The translations under genes and the position numbers were made by a program. This document shows positions 31,837 to 42,866 of a DNA stretch of 64,000 nucleotides, piece after piece. The notes under the pieces were generated by a model. That model was not told the origin of the DNA. It worked only from the letters and a program-made list of their open reading frames with translations, and did not search any database. Location: the NCBI GenBank assembly GCA_963665115.1, contig OY762007.1:4608001-4672000 (forward strand), read 5' to 3'. The DNA comes from an uncultured Rivularia sp. Lineage in GTDB: Bacteria > Cyanobacteriota > Cyanobacteriia > Cyanobacteriales > Nostocaceae. Each line of letters starts with the position of its first letter. Within the stretch, counting starts at the first letter, position 1.

Positions 31837-33246
31837 TTATCCATGATTACAACCCGCTATCGGTAAACATATTTTAAAAGTAGTTTTTCCGGGTTTTGAT
31901 TCTAAATATAAAGCTCCTTTATGACGGTTTTCTACAATTCTTCTCACTGCATCTAATCCCAATCCGCTACCTTTTCCTACTCCTTTTGTTGTAAAAAATG
32001 GTTCAAAAATACGCGATTGTACATCTTCGGGAATTCCGGAACCGGAGTCGGTAATTTCGACTTTTAATGAGTTTTCAAAGTGAGAAGTTGTAATTTTTAA
32101 AATGCCTTTTTCGTTCATTCCATCAATGGCATTATCGATTAAATTTGTCCAAACTTGGTTCAGTTCGCTACCGTAAGCAAGAATTTGAGGAAGGTTTTCT
32201 CCATAGCAACGCTGAATTTCAATTCCATGTTTTAGCTTGAAAGAAAATAGTTTTATCGTATCTTCTAAACCTTGATGAATGTCTACCCACTGTTGAGCGC
32301 CACGATCTAAATGAGAGTATGATTTCATCGAATGTACTAAATCCGAAATCCGTTCGGCACCGCGCAAACCGTTTTTAATCGTAGACATGACATCAAAGGA
32401 AATCGCCAGCCAGCGTATTCCCATGTCTCTAAGTTCGGTGGTATCATCTCGCCAGCGCTCCATCATTGTATCCAGCAGTTTTACGTCTACTCCACCTGCG
32501 GCTAAAGGCTCGGCAATATTCCAAGCCTTTTCTACTCCATAATCTTCTAGCCAATCAAGTAGCTCATCTTCCCTGTCAGCTATTGTCATCGGATCTAATT
32601 TGTCATTATTAATGATGTCGTAGCCGTCATCCCTAATTTTTGTCCATTTCTCGGTATGTTCGTCTTCTACCCGATGCTGCCCGTAAACTAAGTTCATGCG
32701 CTGCAATTCCAGCAATGCCGGGGTGACGTCTTTCAAAGCCCGAACTAAAGCAGCAGCAGGGTTATTAAGTTCGTGTGCTAAACCCGCAGCCATCGTACCT
32801 AAAGCCGCCATTTTTTCGCGGTTGCGGATAAAAGATTCTAGTCCCCGCAATCTTGTTTGAACTGCACGAAATATTGTTGTTTCAAATTCACGACATTGGT
32901 GAAGCAATTCTAAAAAGTCTTCTGCGGGAAGTTCGTAAACGCGACAGTCATTTAAAGCCCTTAACTGAACCATAATTGGTTCGTCGGTAAGGATAGGAAT
33001 CTCCCCCACAAATTCCGGTGCTGTATGCTGTCCCAAAGGCATTTCCACACCATCGGAATGACGAGTGATACCAAGTTTACCCGCCATCAAAATAAATAAA
33101 CCTCGCGGTGGATCGTTTTCATAAACCAGGATTTTACCTTGCGAGAGCTTGATTTCCTCAGCGCGATCGCAAACCCATTCCAACCGACTCTGAGGAAGTA
33201 TTTTAAATAATTCCAGAGTTTGCAATTCTTCAGAACATAATGTCAT
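31837..33246 (-). CDS. Histidine kinase with cNMP-binding domain
   Basis: N-terminal cNMP fold (FVGEIPIL), H-box LAHELNNP, N-box NLIDNAID, DSGSG, FFTTK, GSGLGL. Confidence 0.93.
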   Translation of the reverse strand: MTLCSEELQTLELFKILPQSRLEWVCDRAEEIKLSQGKILVYENDPPRGLFILMAGKLGITRHSDGVEMPLGQHTAPEFVGEIPILTDEPIMVQLRALNDCRVYELPAEDFLELLHQCREFETTIFRAVQTRLRGLESFIRNREKMAALGTMAAGLAHELNNPAAALVRALKDVTPALLELQRMNLVYGQHRVEDEHTEKWTKIRDDGYDIINNDKLDPMTIADREDELLDWLEDYGVEKAWNIAEPLAAGGVDVKLLDTMMERWRDDTTELRDMGIRWLAISFDVMSTIKNGLRGAERISDLVHSMKSYSHLDRGAQQWVDIHQGLEDTIKLFSFKLKHGIEIQRCYGENLPQILAYGSELNQVWTNLIDNAIDGMNEKGILKITTSHFENSLKVEITDSGSGIPEDVQSRIFEPFFTTKGVGKGSGLGLDAVRRIVENRHKGALYLESKPGKTTFKICLPIAGCNHG

Positions 33247-33395
33247 TGTTAGTTGTTAGTTGTTAGTGGTTAGTTGTTAGTTGATAGGGGTAAGTGGCGG
33301 GTTAGTTCTTCTTCCCCCTCTTCCCCCTCTTCCCCCTCTTCCCCCTCTTCTTCTTCCCATCCCCTATGCCCTATGCCCAATCCCCAATTCCCAAA

Positions 33396-35062
33396 TTACA
33401 AAACTTTACTCAAGTAGTTATGAACAAACTGCACGCAAATTGAACCTTCACCGACTCCGGAAGCTACTCGTTTTACCGAACCGTGACGCACGTCTCCTAC
33501 CGCAAATATACCGGGGACGTTTGTTTCTAATAAAAAGGGGGTCGCGGTCTAAAATCCATCCTTTGGGACGATTGTTACCGTTGTGTTTTAAATCTGGGCC
33601 AGTACGAACAAAACCGCGATCATCTTTTTCTAAAACTCCATCCAGCCATTCGGTACTGGGTTTTGCTCCGATAAATATAAACAGCGAATTTGCGGGTACT
33701 GTTTCTTGTTCGTCGGTCAAATTATTAACTAAAGTCAGTTCTGATAAGCTGGTTTCGCCTTTTGCTTCAACGACACTTGTATTTATCTTGACTTCAATAT
33801 TCGGCGTGGCTTCAATTTGCTCGATTAAATATTGAGACATACTTTTAGTCAAGGAATCGCCGCGCACCAAAATAATTACTTTGCTGGCGTATTTAGAAAA
33901 ATACATTGCTCCCTGTCCGGCAGAATTCGCCGCACCGATGATATATACTTCCTCGCCTTCGCAGGAACGGGCTTCTGTCTGGGCTGCACCGTAGTAAACA
34001 CCTGCACCAGTCAAACGCTCGATTCCCGGTACGTTTAACCTTCGCCAAGCTACACCTAAAGCTAAAATCAATGCATGACAGCTAATTTCGCCACCGTCTT
34101 TTAGCTGAATGATTCGATACTGGTCTTGTACGCGAATTCCCTCTACTTCTTGGGGCGTAAGAATCTCTACACCAAACCTTCTAGCTTGAGTTACAGCCCG
34201 TCGCGCTAAATCTCCACCGCTTAAACCGACGGGGAATCCCAAGTAATTTTCAATACGCGAACTCGTCCCAGCTTGTCCTCCCGGCGCTTCTTTTTCGATC
34301 ATTATCGTTCGCAATCCTTCGGAAGCACCATACACCGCAGCAGCTAAACCCGCAGGACCTCCACCAACAATAATTAAATCGTAAAAGGGTTTATCAGCTT
34401 GGGTTTGTAAACCGATTTTTTCTGCAAGTTGAACGTTGCTTGGTTGCAACATAGAAGCACCATCGGAGAAAAGCACCAAAGGTAAATTTAAACGATCGCA
34501 ATCTGCATATTCAACCAATTTTTGAGCTTCTTCCGAAGATTCAATATCCAACCATTCATAAGGAACTTGATTTCGTGCCAAAAAATCTTTAACCTGGTGA
34601 GAATCCGGCGACCAACGATTACCGATAACGCGAATACCTTCAAATGGTGGACGAAAATGCGCCATCCAATCGTCAATTAGATCGTCGATTACCGGAAATA
34701 GTTTTTCTTGAGGTGGGGTCCCAAGGTTTCATTAAATAGTAGTCAACTTGAGTTTTATTAATCGCATTAATAGCCGCATCGGTATCCGCATAAGCAGTAA
34801 GTAAAGCGCGTTTGGCATTGGGATACATTTCTAATCCCTTCTCCAAAAATTCCACCCCAGACATTTGCGGCATTCTTTGATCCGCTAAAAACAAAGCTAC
34901 CGTTTCATTGCGAAGCTTGAGCTTTTCCAGAGTTTCTAAAGCAGTCTTACCAGAATCCGCACGCATAATCCGAAAGCGATCGCCGTATTGCTGCCGTAAA
35001 TCTCGCGCTACCGCTTGCAACACTTGCGGATCGTCATCAACCGTTAAAATTACAGGCTTCAT
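33396..35062 (-). CDS. Response regulator fused to a thioredoxin-reductase-like FAD domain; two apparent +1 frameshifts (34715-34722, 33537-33541)
   Basis: Receiver motifs VDDD, ADQRMP and KPWDPP join GGGPAG...SSRIENYLGFP. The corrected tail reads DPFLLETNVPGIFAVGDVRHGSVKRVASGVGEGS...SKVL*. Confidence 0.88.
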
Positions 35063-35284
35063 AATCAATTATCAGTGAACAGTTATCAGTGAACAGTGCA
35101 GAGTTGGGGATTGGGGATTGGGGATGGGGGATTGGGGATTGGGGATTGGGTATTTTTTTGATATGGAAAACAACAAGGGAGCAAGATGCTCCCACTACAA
35201 ATAAATTTCTAATTTTATAATTATTAACTCATCTTTTCCCCATCTCCCCTTGTCTCCTTGTCCCCTTGTCTCCCCATCTTCTCG

Positions 35285-35680
35285 TTAAACGAGCATCTGA
35301 TAAAGACCAATCAAATTCTCATCTGGATCGCGTAGGTAAGCTGTTTTAATCCCGTACATAGGATTGTTCATTGGTTCTGTGGTTAATTTGATTCCTTTTT
35401 GTTTAAGTTTTATACATTCATCTTCTAAATCATTAACTGTAAAAATTAAGGCTACGGTGTCTTGACATTCTGCTGTTGGGGGCTTTTCATGGTTGTGAAT
35501 CATCTGCGCCATTTCCGAACGTCGGAAGATACTAAGTCTCATATCTGCAACATTAAATTCCGCGTATCCGCCTCGTTCGTCTTCTTGCGTTACTTTAAAT
35601 TCCATGATGTCTTTGTAGAAACTTACGCAGGCTTTCCAATCGTTAACAAGCAATCTGGTAAAGGATTTATAGACTTTCAT
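35285..35680 (-). CDS. VOC/glyoxalase family protein
   Basis: FYKDIM...YGIKTAYLRDPDENLI. Confidence 0.85.
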   Translation of the reverse strand: MKVYKSFTRLLVNDWKACVSFYKDIMEFKVTQEDERGGYAEFNVADMRLSIFRRSEMAQMIHNHEKPPTAECQDTVALIFTVNDLEDECIKLKQKGIKLTTEPMNNPMYGIKTAYLRDPDENLIGLYQMLV

Positions 35681-35732
35681 TTTTTTTGGATTCCCCTGTA
35701 TAAATCAAATAAAGTTGATAGTTGTTTCCTAT

Positions 35733-35813
35733 TCCCTACTCCCTACTCCCTACTCCCTACTCCCTACTCCCTACTCCCTACTCCCTACTCCCTATTCCCT
35801 ACTCCCTACTCCC
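35733..35813. repeat. STRR tract (CCCTACT)n
   Basis: About 11 tandem heptamers. Confidence 0.95.
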
Positions 35814-35822
35814 TTTAAAAAA

Positions 35823-36446
35823 TCAAGACATACCTTGCATTTCTAAAGCTTTTTTAACGCCTGCATCGGCGGACATTTCTTCTCGGAAGCGCTTCAGGTT
35901 TGGGTAATCATTAATATCGATTGGTGTTTGGTCGATCCAGCGCGTGATAACGTAAAGATAAGGATCGGCTACGGTACGTCCATGAGCAATTGGATGTTTA
36001 TCTAAACGCTCGTTTAAGGTTTTATAATGTTCGCGGAGGCGCTTGTAAGTTGCCTGACGCAAGGCATCATACTGACTTTCATCATCAATAAACTTCTGTG
36101 GTGCAAAGTGCGGTGCAAAGTCGGCGTGTACTTCGCTAGTCATATAGGAAAGCCATTCTTCAAGTAGGTAACGCTCGTAAGCATCATTGCCCCTACCGAG
36201 ATTGGCTTGAGGATATCGATCTATTAAATACATTAAAATAGCGGCGGCTTCTGTAAGTACCTTGCCATCTTCGATAACTAAAGCAGGTACCTTACCCTTT
36301 GGGTTTACCTTTAAATACTCTGGTTTGAGGTGTTCGCCGTGCTTCATCACTTCAAGTTCGTAAGGTTCGCCAATCCACTCAAGCGCTATATGAGGGGCTA
36401 AAGCGCAAGTGCCTGACATGGTGTAAAGTTTTGGTGATGTTGACAT
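35823..36446 (-). CDS. Glutathione S-transferase
   Basis: VNPKGKVPAL, LTEAAAI, TVADPYLYV. Confidence 0.92.
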   Translation of the reverse strand: MSTSPKLYTMSGTCALAPHIALEWIGEPYELEVMKHGEHLKPEYLKVNPKGKVPALVIEDGKVLTEAAAILMYLIDRYPQANLGRGNDAYERYLLEEWLSYMTSEVHADFAPHFAPQKFIDDESQYDALRQATYKRLREHYKTLNERLDKHPIAHGRTVADPYLYVITRWIDQTPIDINDYPNLKRFREEMSADAGVKKALEMQGMS

Positions 36447-36488
36447 GATAGGTAGATTTCCTGTTTTGTGTTTATGTTGCTCAAAAAA

Positions 36489-38699
36489 TCAAATTAATTT
36501 ATCTGGCGTAATTGGTAGATCGCGAATGCGTTTACCTGTGGCATGATAAATCGCATTGGCTACCGCCGCTCCAGCACCAACAATACCAATTTCACCGACT
36601 CCTTTCACTCCTAAAGGATTGATATATGGGTCATTTTCTTCGATAAAAACGACTTCGATATCGGGAATATCAGCATTGACGGGAATCAGATATTCGGCAA
36701 GGTTGTGATTAACAAAGTTTCCATAGCGCTCGTCAAGAATGCTTTTTTCATGCAACGCTTGAGATATACCCCAAACTATACCGCCAATCATTTGCGATCG
36801 CGCTGTCTTTTGGTTAAGTATTTTTCCTGCACCAAATGCACCTAAAAACCGAGAAACTTTTACCATCCCGTTGATTGGATCTACCTTAACTTCGGCAAAG
36901 TGTGCGCCAAACGAATGCATGGAATATTTTTTTCTGGCTTCGTCGGGTTTAGATTCTACTTGCACGGATACTTCTTTAAGCTTGTTTCTACTCAAAATTT
37001 CTGCAAAAGTTTCTCCCTTCGATGCATCTTTAACAAAAACGCCACCATCTCTAACTTCTAATTCTGCTGCTTTCAAATTCTTCAGTGCCGAAAGATTATC
37101 TTCTCGCACTAAGGACACCATTTTATCGCGGAGTGCCATACAGGCTTCATATACCGCGCTACCGTAAGAAGCCGCACCCCAAGAGCCACCGGAACCGGGA
37201 GAAGGTGGTAATTCGGAATCGCCAATTTCTACCGCTACTTTATCTGGCGATACTTGTAATACTTCTGCTGCTACTTGCGCCAATATTGTATACGTGCCTG
37301 TACCGATGTCAGTTGCTGCAATTTGCACCAGTAAATTACCATTTGGCATAATTTGAGCGCGGGCTGTAGCGGCTTGTCTATTGGTGGGATAAGTGGCTGT
37401 AGCTACACCATAACCAACTAAGTAACGACCGTCGCGCATTGAGCCTGGATTGGGATTGCGCTTTTCCCAGCCGAAGCGTTTTGCACCTTCTCGCAAACTT
37501 TCCACAAGGGAACGACTCGACCAAGGTAAGTTTTTATAAGGGTCTTGGGGCGGGTCATTAATTATACGCAACTCAATCGGATCGATGTTGAGTTTATAAG
37601 CTAATTCATCCATCGCCGATTCCAAAGCGTACATTCCCGGTGTTTCGCCAGGGGCACGCATGATGGTTGGTACTACCATATTTAAAGGTACGGCGCGATG
37701 GGTAACAAGCACGTTGGGGGCATTGTATATCATGTTAGTAGCTCCACCAACGTGTTCGACAAATTCTTTGTCGATATTGGTTTGTGTGGTAATTTCGTGC
37801 GCTATAGCCGTTAGTTTACCGTCTTTCGTCGCACCCAAACGAATCTTTTGCAAAGAATAGGGACGACAGCCCACCGAATTAAACATTTGCTGACGCGATA
37901 ATGCAAGTTTAACCGGGCGTTTGACTTGCTGCGCCGCCATCGCAGCCAAAATAACGTGTTCCCGCACCGGGAATTTGCAGCCAAATCCACCACCAATAAA
38001 CCGCGAAATTACCTGTACGTTTTCAATCGGAATTCCAAAAGTATTAGCTACGGCTTTTTGTGCCCCCATCACGTGTTGCGATGCATCATAAAGCGTCAGT
38101 TTATTACCTTGCCAAACGGCGGTAGTTGCCGAAGGTTCCATCGGATTATGATGTTCGATCGGTGTTGAGTAATTTTCGTCTAACTTTACTTCTGCTGCTT
38201 GCAAACCTTTGTTAACGTCACCGCGCCCAGAATCGGGTTCCAAAGGAACCAACAATCTTTCCGGCTTGTAGGCAAGACTAAGATTTTTTTCTAAACTTAG
38301 CGTAGGGGTTTCGGGGAGATAAGTTACTTTAACTAACTTAGCCGCATATTCAGCTTGTTCTAATGTTTGTGCAATTACGACACCTATATGCTGTCCGTAA
38401 AAATTAATTTTATTATCTTGCAATACCGGAAGCGGTTTAACTAAAGGGTTGCCGCCAGATTCATTATTTGTTTGTCCGACTTTAGGTGCATTTTGGTGAG
38501 TAATAACCGCAATCACGCCTGGTAGCTTTTCCGCCGCACTGCTATCAATATTGCGGATACTTCCCTTAGCAATTTTGCTTTCAATGACAACAGCATGAGC
38601 CATATTTTGTAAGGGATATTCAGCAGCATAAAGCGCCTTACCAGTTACCTTCAGTCTGCCATCTATTCTACTTAGCGGTTTACCAATTGGATTAGTCAT
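36489..38699 (-). CDS. Xanthine dehydrogenase family molybdopterin subunit (PaoC/YagR-like)
   Basis: HHNPMEP, IGGGFGCK, MRAPGE, DIGTGT, GVKGVGEIG. Confidence 0.92.
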   Translation of the reverse strand: MTNPIGKPLSRIDGRLKVTGKALYAAEYPLQNMAHAVVIESKIAKGSIRNIDSSAAEKLPGVIAVITHQNAPKVGQTNNESGGNPLVKPLPVLQDNKINFYGQHIGVVIAQTLEQAEYAAKLVKVTYLPETPTLSLEKNLSLAYKPERLLVPLEPDSGRGDVNKGLQAAEVKLDENYSTPIEHHNPMEPSATTAVWQGNKLTLYDASQHVMGAQKAVANTFGIPIENVQVISRFIGGGFGCKFPVREHVILAAMAAQQVKRPVKLALSRQQMFNSVGCRPYSLQKIRLGATKDGKLTAIAHEITTQTNIDKEFVEHVGGATNMIYNAPNVLVTHRAVPLNMVVPTIMRAPGETPGMYALESAMDELAYKLNIDPIELRIINDPPQDPYKNLPWSSRSLVESLREGAKRFGWEKRNPNPGSMRDGRYLVGYGVATATYPTNRQAATARAQIMPNGNLLVQIAATDIGTGTYTILAQVAAEVLQVSPDKVAVEIGDSELPPSPGSGGSWGAASYGSAVYEACMALRDKMVSLVREDNLSALKNLKAAELEVRDGGVFVKDASKGETFAEILSRNKLKEVSVQVESKPDEARKKYSMHSFGAHFAEVKVDPINGMVKVSRFLGAFGAGKILNQKTARSQMIGGIVWGISQALHEKSILDERYGNFVNHNLAEYLIPVNADIPDIEVVFIEENDPYINPLGVKGVGEIGIVGAGAAVANAIYHATGKRIRDLPITPDKLI

Positions 38700-38942
38700 T
38701 ATTGTGATTTTAGATTTTAGATTGAAAGTTAGGAGTGAGTAGCGAGTAGAAAGTAGCGAGTAGAGGTAGTGAGAAATAAATTAACTATTAAGGCAACTAG
38801 CTAGAAAGGAGTAGTTAAATATTGCGATTGAAAGCCGTCTTTACAAAATCTGTTATTCAATCTTCTTCAAACCTCATATTTCTTATTACTTGCCACTCGC
38901 TACTTTAAGAATTTCTCTGCCCCATGCCCTATGCCCTATGCC

Positions 38943-39935
38943 CTATTCCCAGTTTCCTTGCGCTGCTGCACTCAAAGCTTGCACGATCGCCCTCTTCGTC
39001 ATTTCCACTTTAAAAGCATTATGTTCGTAGGTTTTCGCGCCTTTTACCGCTGCCTCTGCTGCTGCTTGAAATGTCTTTTCGTCAGCTTTGGCATTATCAA
39101 GAATTTTCTCTGCTTCGGTTGCACGCCAAGGTTTGTGTGCTACACCACCTAACGCCAATCTTCCCATGCGAATAGTACCGTTATTATCCATTTCTAAAGC
39201 AGCAGCTACAGAAATTAAAGCAAAAGCATAGGATTGTCTATCTCTAACTTTCAAATAATGCGAGTTTTCTGCAAATGGCGATTCTGGTAAAAGTACTGCC
39301 ACTATTAATTCATCTGGCTGCAACTCAGTTTCAATTTGCGGGGTATTTCCAGGTAATCGATGAAAATCAGCAGCTTCGATCAACCGCTCTCCTTTTGAAC
39401 CTTTAACTTTAACTACAGCATCCAAAGCTGCCAGCGCGACGCACATATCGGAAGGATGAGTCGCGATACACTCTTCAGAAGCACCTAAAATAGCGTGAAT
39501 GCGGTTAAAACCTTCAAGCGCCGCACAACCAGAGCCAGGTAAACGTTTATTACAAGGCATCGCCGTATTATAAAAGTAATAACAGCGAGTCCTTTGCATC
39601 AAATTTCCCCCTGTAGTTGCCATATTTCGTAATTGCGGCGAAGCACCAGCAAGCACAGCTTCCGACAACAGCGGATAACGTTTTCTAATCGTGGGATGGT
39701 TTGCCATATCGCTGTTTTTTACCAAAGCCCCGACACTCAAACCATTATTTATCCCTTCAATTTTCTCCAACTCCAACCGATTAATATCTACGAGTTGATT
39801 AGGCTGCTCCACACCTTCCTTCATCAAATCCAGAAGATTAGTTCCACCCGCGATAAACTTTGTTTTTTTGGCTGCGGCAACACTTTTAACAGCCGCATCT
39901 TGATTGTCTGCACGAATATAAGTAAATGGATTCAT
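38943..39935 (-). CDS. FAD-binding subunit (PaoB/YagS-like)
   Basis: AGGTNLLDLMK, QLRNMATTGGNLMQRTRC, KVRDRQSYAFA. Confidence 0.92.
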   Translation of the reverse strand: MNPFTYIRADNQDAAVKSVAAAKKTKFIAGGTNLLDLMKEGVEQPNQLVDINRLELEKIEGINNGLSVGALVKNSDMANHPTIRKRYPLLSEAVLAGASPQLRNMATTGGNLMQRTRCYYFYNTAMPCNKRLPGSGCAALEGFNRIHAILGASEECIATHPSDMCVALAALDAVVKVKGSKGERLIEAADFHRLPGNTPQIETELQPDELIVAVLLPESPFAENSHYLKVRDRQSYAFALISVAAALEMDNNGTIRMGRLALGGVAHKPWRATEAEKILDNAKADEKTFQAAAEAAVKGAKTYEHNAFKVEMTKRAIVQALSAAAQGNWE

Positions 39936-40044
39936 AAAATAGTTAGTTGTTAGTTGTTAGTGGTTAGTTGTTAGTAGTTAGGAATTAACAATTTTCTACC
40001 CCCTCTTCCCCCTCTTCCCCCTCTCTTCTTATCTCCCTATCTCC

Positions 40045-40683
40045 CTACACTTCACCGCTCGCTTCCTTAACAGCTGCAACAATACCGGGATAAGCTCCGC
40101 AACGGCAAAGATTTCCGCTCATTCTTTCGCTGATTTCAGCATTGGTAAATTCTATTTGCCCTTCTTTTCTTACATCGGTTGTTACCGCGCTGGCTCTACC
40201 TTGTTTAGCTTCTGCAATTGCCGCAACCGCAGAACAAATTTGACCGGGGGTACAGTATCCGCACTGAAAACCGTCGTGTTTAATAAAGGCTGCCTGTACC
40301 GGATGTAGTTCGTCTCCTTGCGCTAATCCTTCGATGGTGGTGATTTCTGCACCTTCGTTCATAATTGCTAGCGTCAGACAAGAATTAATTCGCCTTCCGT
40401 TAACTAACACCGTACAAGCGCCACATTGCCCGTGTCCGCAACCTTTTTTAGTACCAGTTAAACCAATATATTCACGCAAAGCATCGAGTAAAGTCACTCG
40501 CGGTTCAACTTGTAAATTTTGCTCTTTACCGTTGATTTTCAGCTTGATGTTAACCGTATCGCTTTGTGAAGGCTGCGGTGTTGTTTGCGCTAAAGTCTTT
40601 TTTGTAAATTTACCAATTACAGTTGCTAATGCGCCGACGAAGGTTAACTGTCCGAATCTTCGCCTTCTTAATTTGACTTTCAT
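40045..40683 (-). CDS. (2Fe-2S) subunit (PaoA/YagT-like) with Tat-like signal
   Basis: GCGHGQCGAC, QCGYCTPGQ, NLCRC, N-terminal LRRRRFG. Confidence 0.92.
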   Translation of the reverse strand: MKVKLRRRRFGQLTFVGALATVIGKFTKKTLAQTTPQPSQSDTVNIKLKINGKEQNLQVEPRVTLLDALREYIGLTGTKKGCGHGQCGACTVLVNGRRINSCLTLAIMNEGAEITTIEGLAQGDELHPVQAAFIKHDGFQCGYCTPGQICSAVAAIAEAKQGRASAVTTDVRKEGQIEFTNAEISERMSGNLCRCGAYPGIVAAVKEASGEV

Positions 40684-40827
40684 TACTTAAGTAACTAATA
40701 GGATTCTTATAGAAAACCAGCAGCTATCTAACTACAGTTTCCCGATAAATATAAGTTATAGAATATCAGCCTTAAGATTGATTAGTCTTCTAACTAAAGG
40801 AATATGCAATTTTGTGGCGAAAAGTTC

Positions 40828-41121
40828 GTAGGTTGGGTTAGACGCACGCAGAATAATAGTTGGCAACTCAAAATTCTTGTCTTGCGTCGTAACCCAACAT
40901 CTTTATTATTAGTCGTTTAAGCTCGTAGGTTGGGTTAGACGCACCAAAAATAATAGTTGCCTTCCTAAAATTTATCGAAGCGTCGTAACTCAACATCATT
41001 ATTCGTCGTTTAAGCAAATATATTGTTATTTATAAGGCATAGAAGTAATGTTGGGTTACGACACGATTAAATAGATTGAAGTGACTTGCACAAATTTTCC
41101 TTCGTGTCTAACCCAACCTAC
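40828..41121. repeat. REP cluster (two direct copies and one inverted copy of GTAGGTTGGGTTAGAC...GTAAC(C/T)CAACA)
   Basis: Copies start at 40828 and 40925; the inverted copy ends at 41121. Confidence 0.8.
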
Positions 41122-41150
41122 ATACTCTCAATTACCAAATACCAATCCCC

Positions 41151-42296
41151 TCATGTCGTAACAATATCATTCGCAGCCGCCCATTGAGCAATATCCTGCT
41201 TCTGAATCGCTGCTGCCATTAAGTCGGGGAATTTATCCGGGCTACAGGCAAAAGCTGGACTGCCCATTTTGGCGAATTCTTCTGCTATTCTATGGTCGTA
41301 CATTGGTGCGCCTTCGTCATTTAATGCCAGTAAAGTTACTAACTGCACGCCAGAATTAACGATTGCTGCAACACGCTTTAACATTTGGCGGCGATCGCCA
41401 CCTTCGTACAAGTCGCTAATTAATACAAGAATGGTATCTTGGGGTTTTTGAATAAAGCTTTGACAATAAGCCAGCGCTTGATTAATGTCGGTACCGCCAC
41501 CCAGTTGAGTGCCAAACAGTAAATCTACTGGATCTTGGGCTTCATCGGTTAAATCTGCAACCGCCGTATCGAAGACAATTATCCGTGTTTGAATTGCGGC
41601 TAAAGATGCTAAAACTGCTCCAAAAATTCCTGCATAAACTACAGAAGTTGCCATCGAACCGCTTTGGTCAATGCAAAGTATAATATTCCGTAAATTGCTG
41701 CGTTTGCGTCCGTAACCAATGCGAGTTTCAGGAATAATTGTGCGGTATTCTGGTTGATAGTGTTTTAAATTAGCGCGGATGGTGCGGTTCCAGTCGATTT
41801 CGTTATGGCGGGGGCGACGGTTGCGGATAGCGCGGTTGAGGCTTCCCATCACGGCTTGCTGGGTGGGGTTTGTCAGTTTGCGCTGCAATTCTTCGACGAC
41901 GCGACGCACCACTTGACGGGCAGTATCTTTGGTTTTTTCTGGCATGATATTGCTCAAAGACAGCAAATCTGCAACCAAATGTACGTCTGGTTCCACTGCC
42001 GATAGCATTTCTGGTTGGAGTAACATTTGACGCAGGTTGAGACGTTCGAGTGCGTCTTGCTGCATGACTTTTACCACCGATGAAGGGAAATAACTGCGAA
42101 TATCTCCCAGCCAACGCGCAACCTTTGGTGAGGAACTACCCAAGCCCCCAGAGCGTTCGGAATCATACAGTGCATCTAAGGATTTATCAATTTTGGCATC
42201 AGTACCAGTTAATTTGCAGCCAGTACCATCAGCTTTTTGGCTGCCAAGGATGAGTCGCCAGCGGCGCAGACGTTCGTTGTTTGATTTTTCAGTCAT
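41151..42296 (-). CDS. VWA domain protein (YehP/CoxE-like)
   Basis: RLRRWRLILG start, MIDAS motif DQSGSM, GGGTDI, ISDLYEG. Confidence 0.9.
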   Translation of the reverse strand: MTEKSNNERLRRWRLILGSQKADGTGCKLTGTDAKIDKSLDALYDSERSGGLGSSSPKVARWLGDIRSYFPSSVVKVMQQDALERLNLRQMLLQPEMLSAVEPDVHLVADLLSLSNIMPEKTKDTARQVVRRVVEELQRKLTNPTQQAVMGSLNRAIRNRRPRHNEIDWNRTIRANLKHYQPEYRTIIPETRIGYGRKRSNLRNIILCIDQSGSMATSVVYAGIFGAVLASLAAIQTRIIVFDTAVADLTDEAQDPVDLLFGTQLGGGTDINQALAYCQSFIQKPQDTILVLISDLYEGGDRRQMLKRVAAIVNSGVQLVTLLALNDEGAPMYDHRIAEEFAKMGSPAFACSPDKFPDLMAAAIQKQDIAQWAAANDIVTT

Positions 42297-42866
42297 ATCG
42301 ATTTGACATTTTACAAAATTTTTATATTAGAACTTATGCGTAAATCGTAATCAATACAAAATAATATCGTAAGTTATATAATTTTTTTGACTTAATCTAT
42401 CTGAGGCTAGATTAATTATTTTGAAGCACATTATATAAACGAGATTGCAAACTATATATATCAAGTCTAAAAATATTGACGTAAATGCGATAAATAATTA
42501 TTTAGGGTTCAATCTGCCACGAAACATAGATATCGTATTGCATAGTAGAAAATAGCCGAACTTTTTTAATTGTCAGGTGTTAGGGATTTATAAGATTTGA
42601 TATTTTTAAAGTTTATTCCGGTATGAAGTTTAGAATAAGTCACGATTAAAACTTGAATTTGATTAGCTAATAAATTATTACTTCTATCTTTTGATTAACT
42701 CATTCACTGTTCTTTCGGTAGAAGCAAAATTTAGAAAAGCTTGAGATGATTTAGATGTACGCTAACAAAACGTTGAAGAAAGTTTTGCAGCAGATGCCAG
42801 ACGTGTAAATCTTGATTTAGAGATACACCTATAGCGTAAATACTATTGTTAATTAGGAGGTCAAGA

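Noticed and set aside
33281..33835. 184-aa plus-strand ORF and other short antisense ORFs in the track
   Set aside because: Shadow ORFs opposite well-supported genes or built from repeats.
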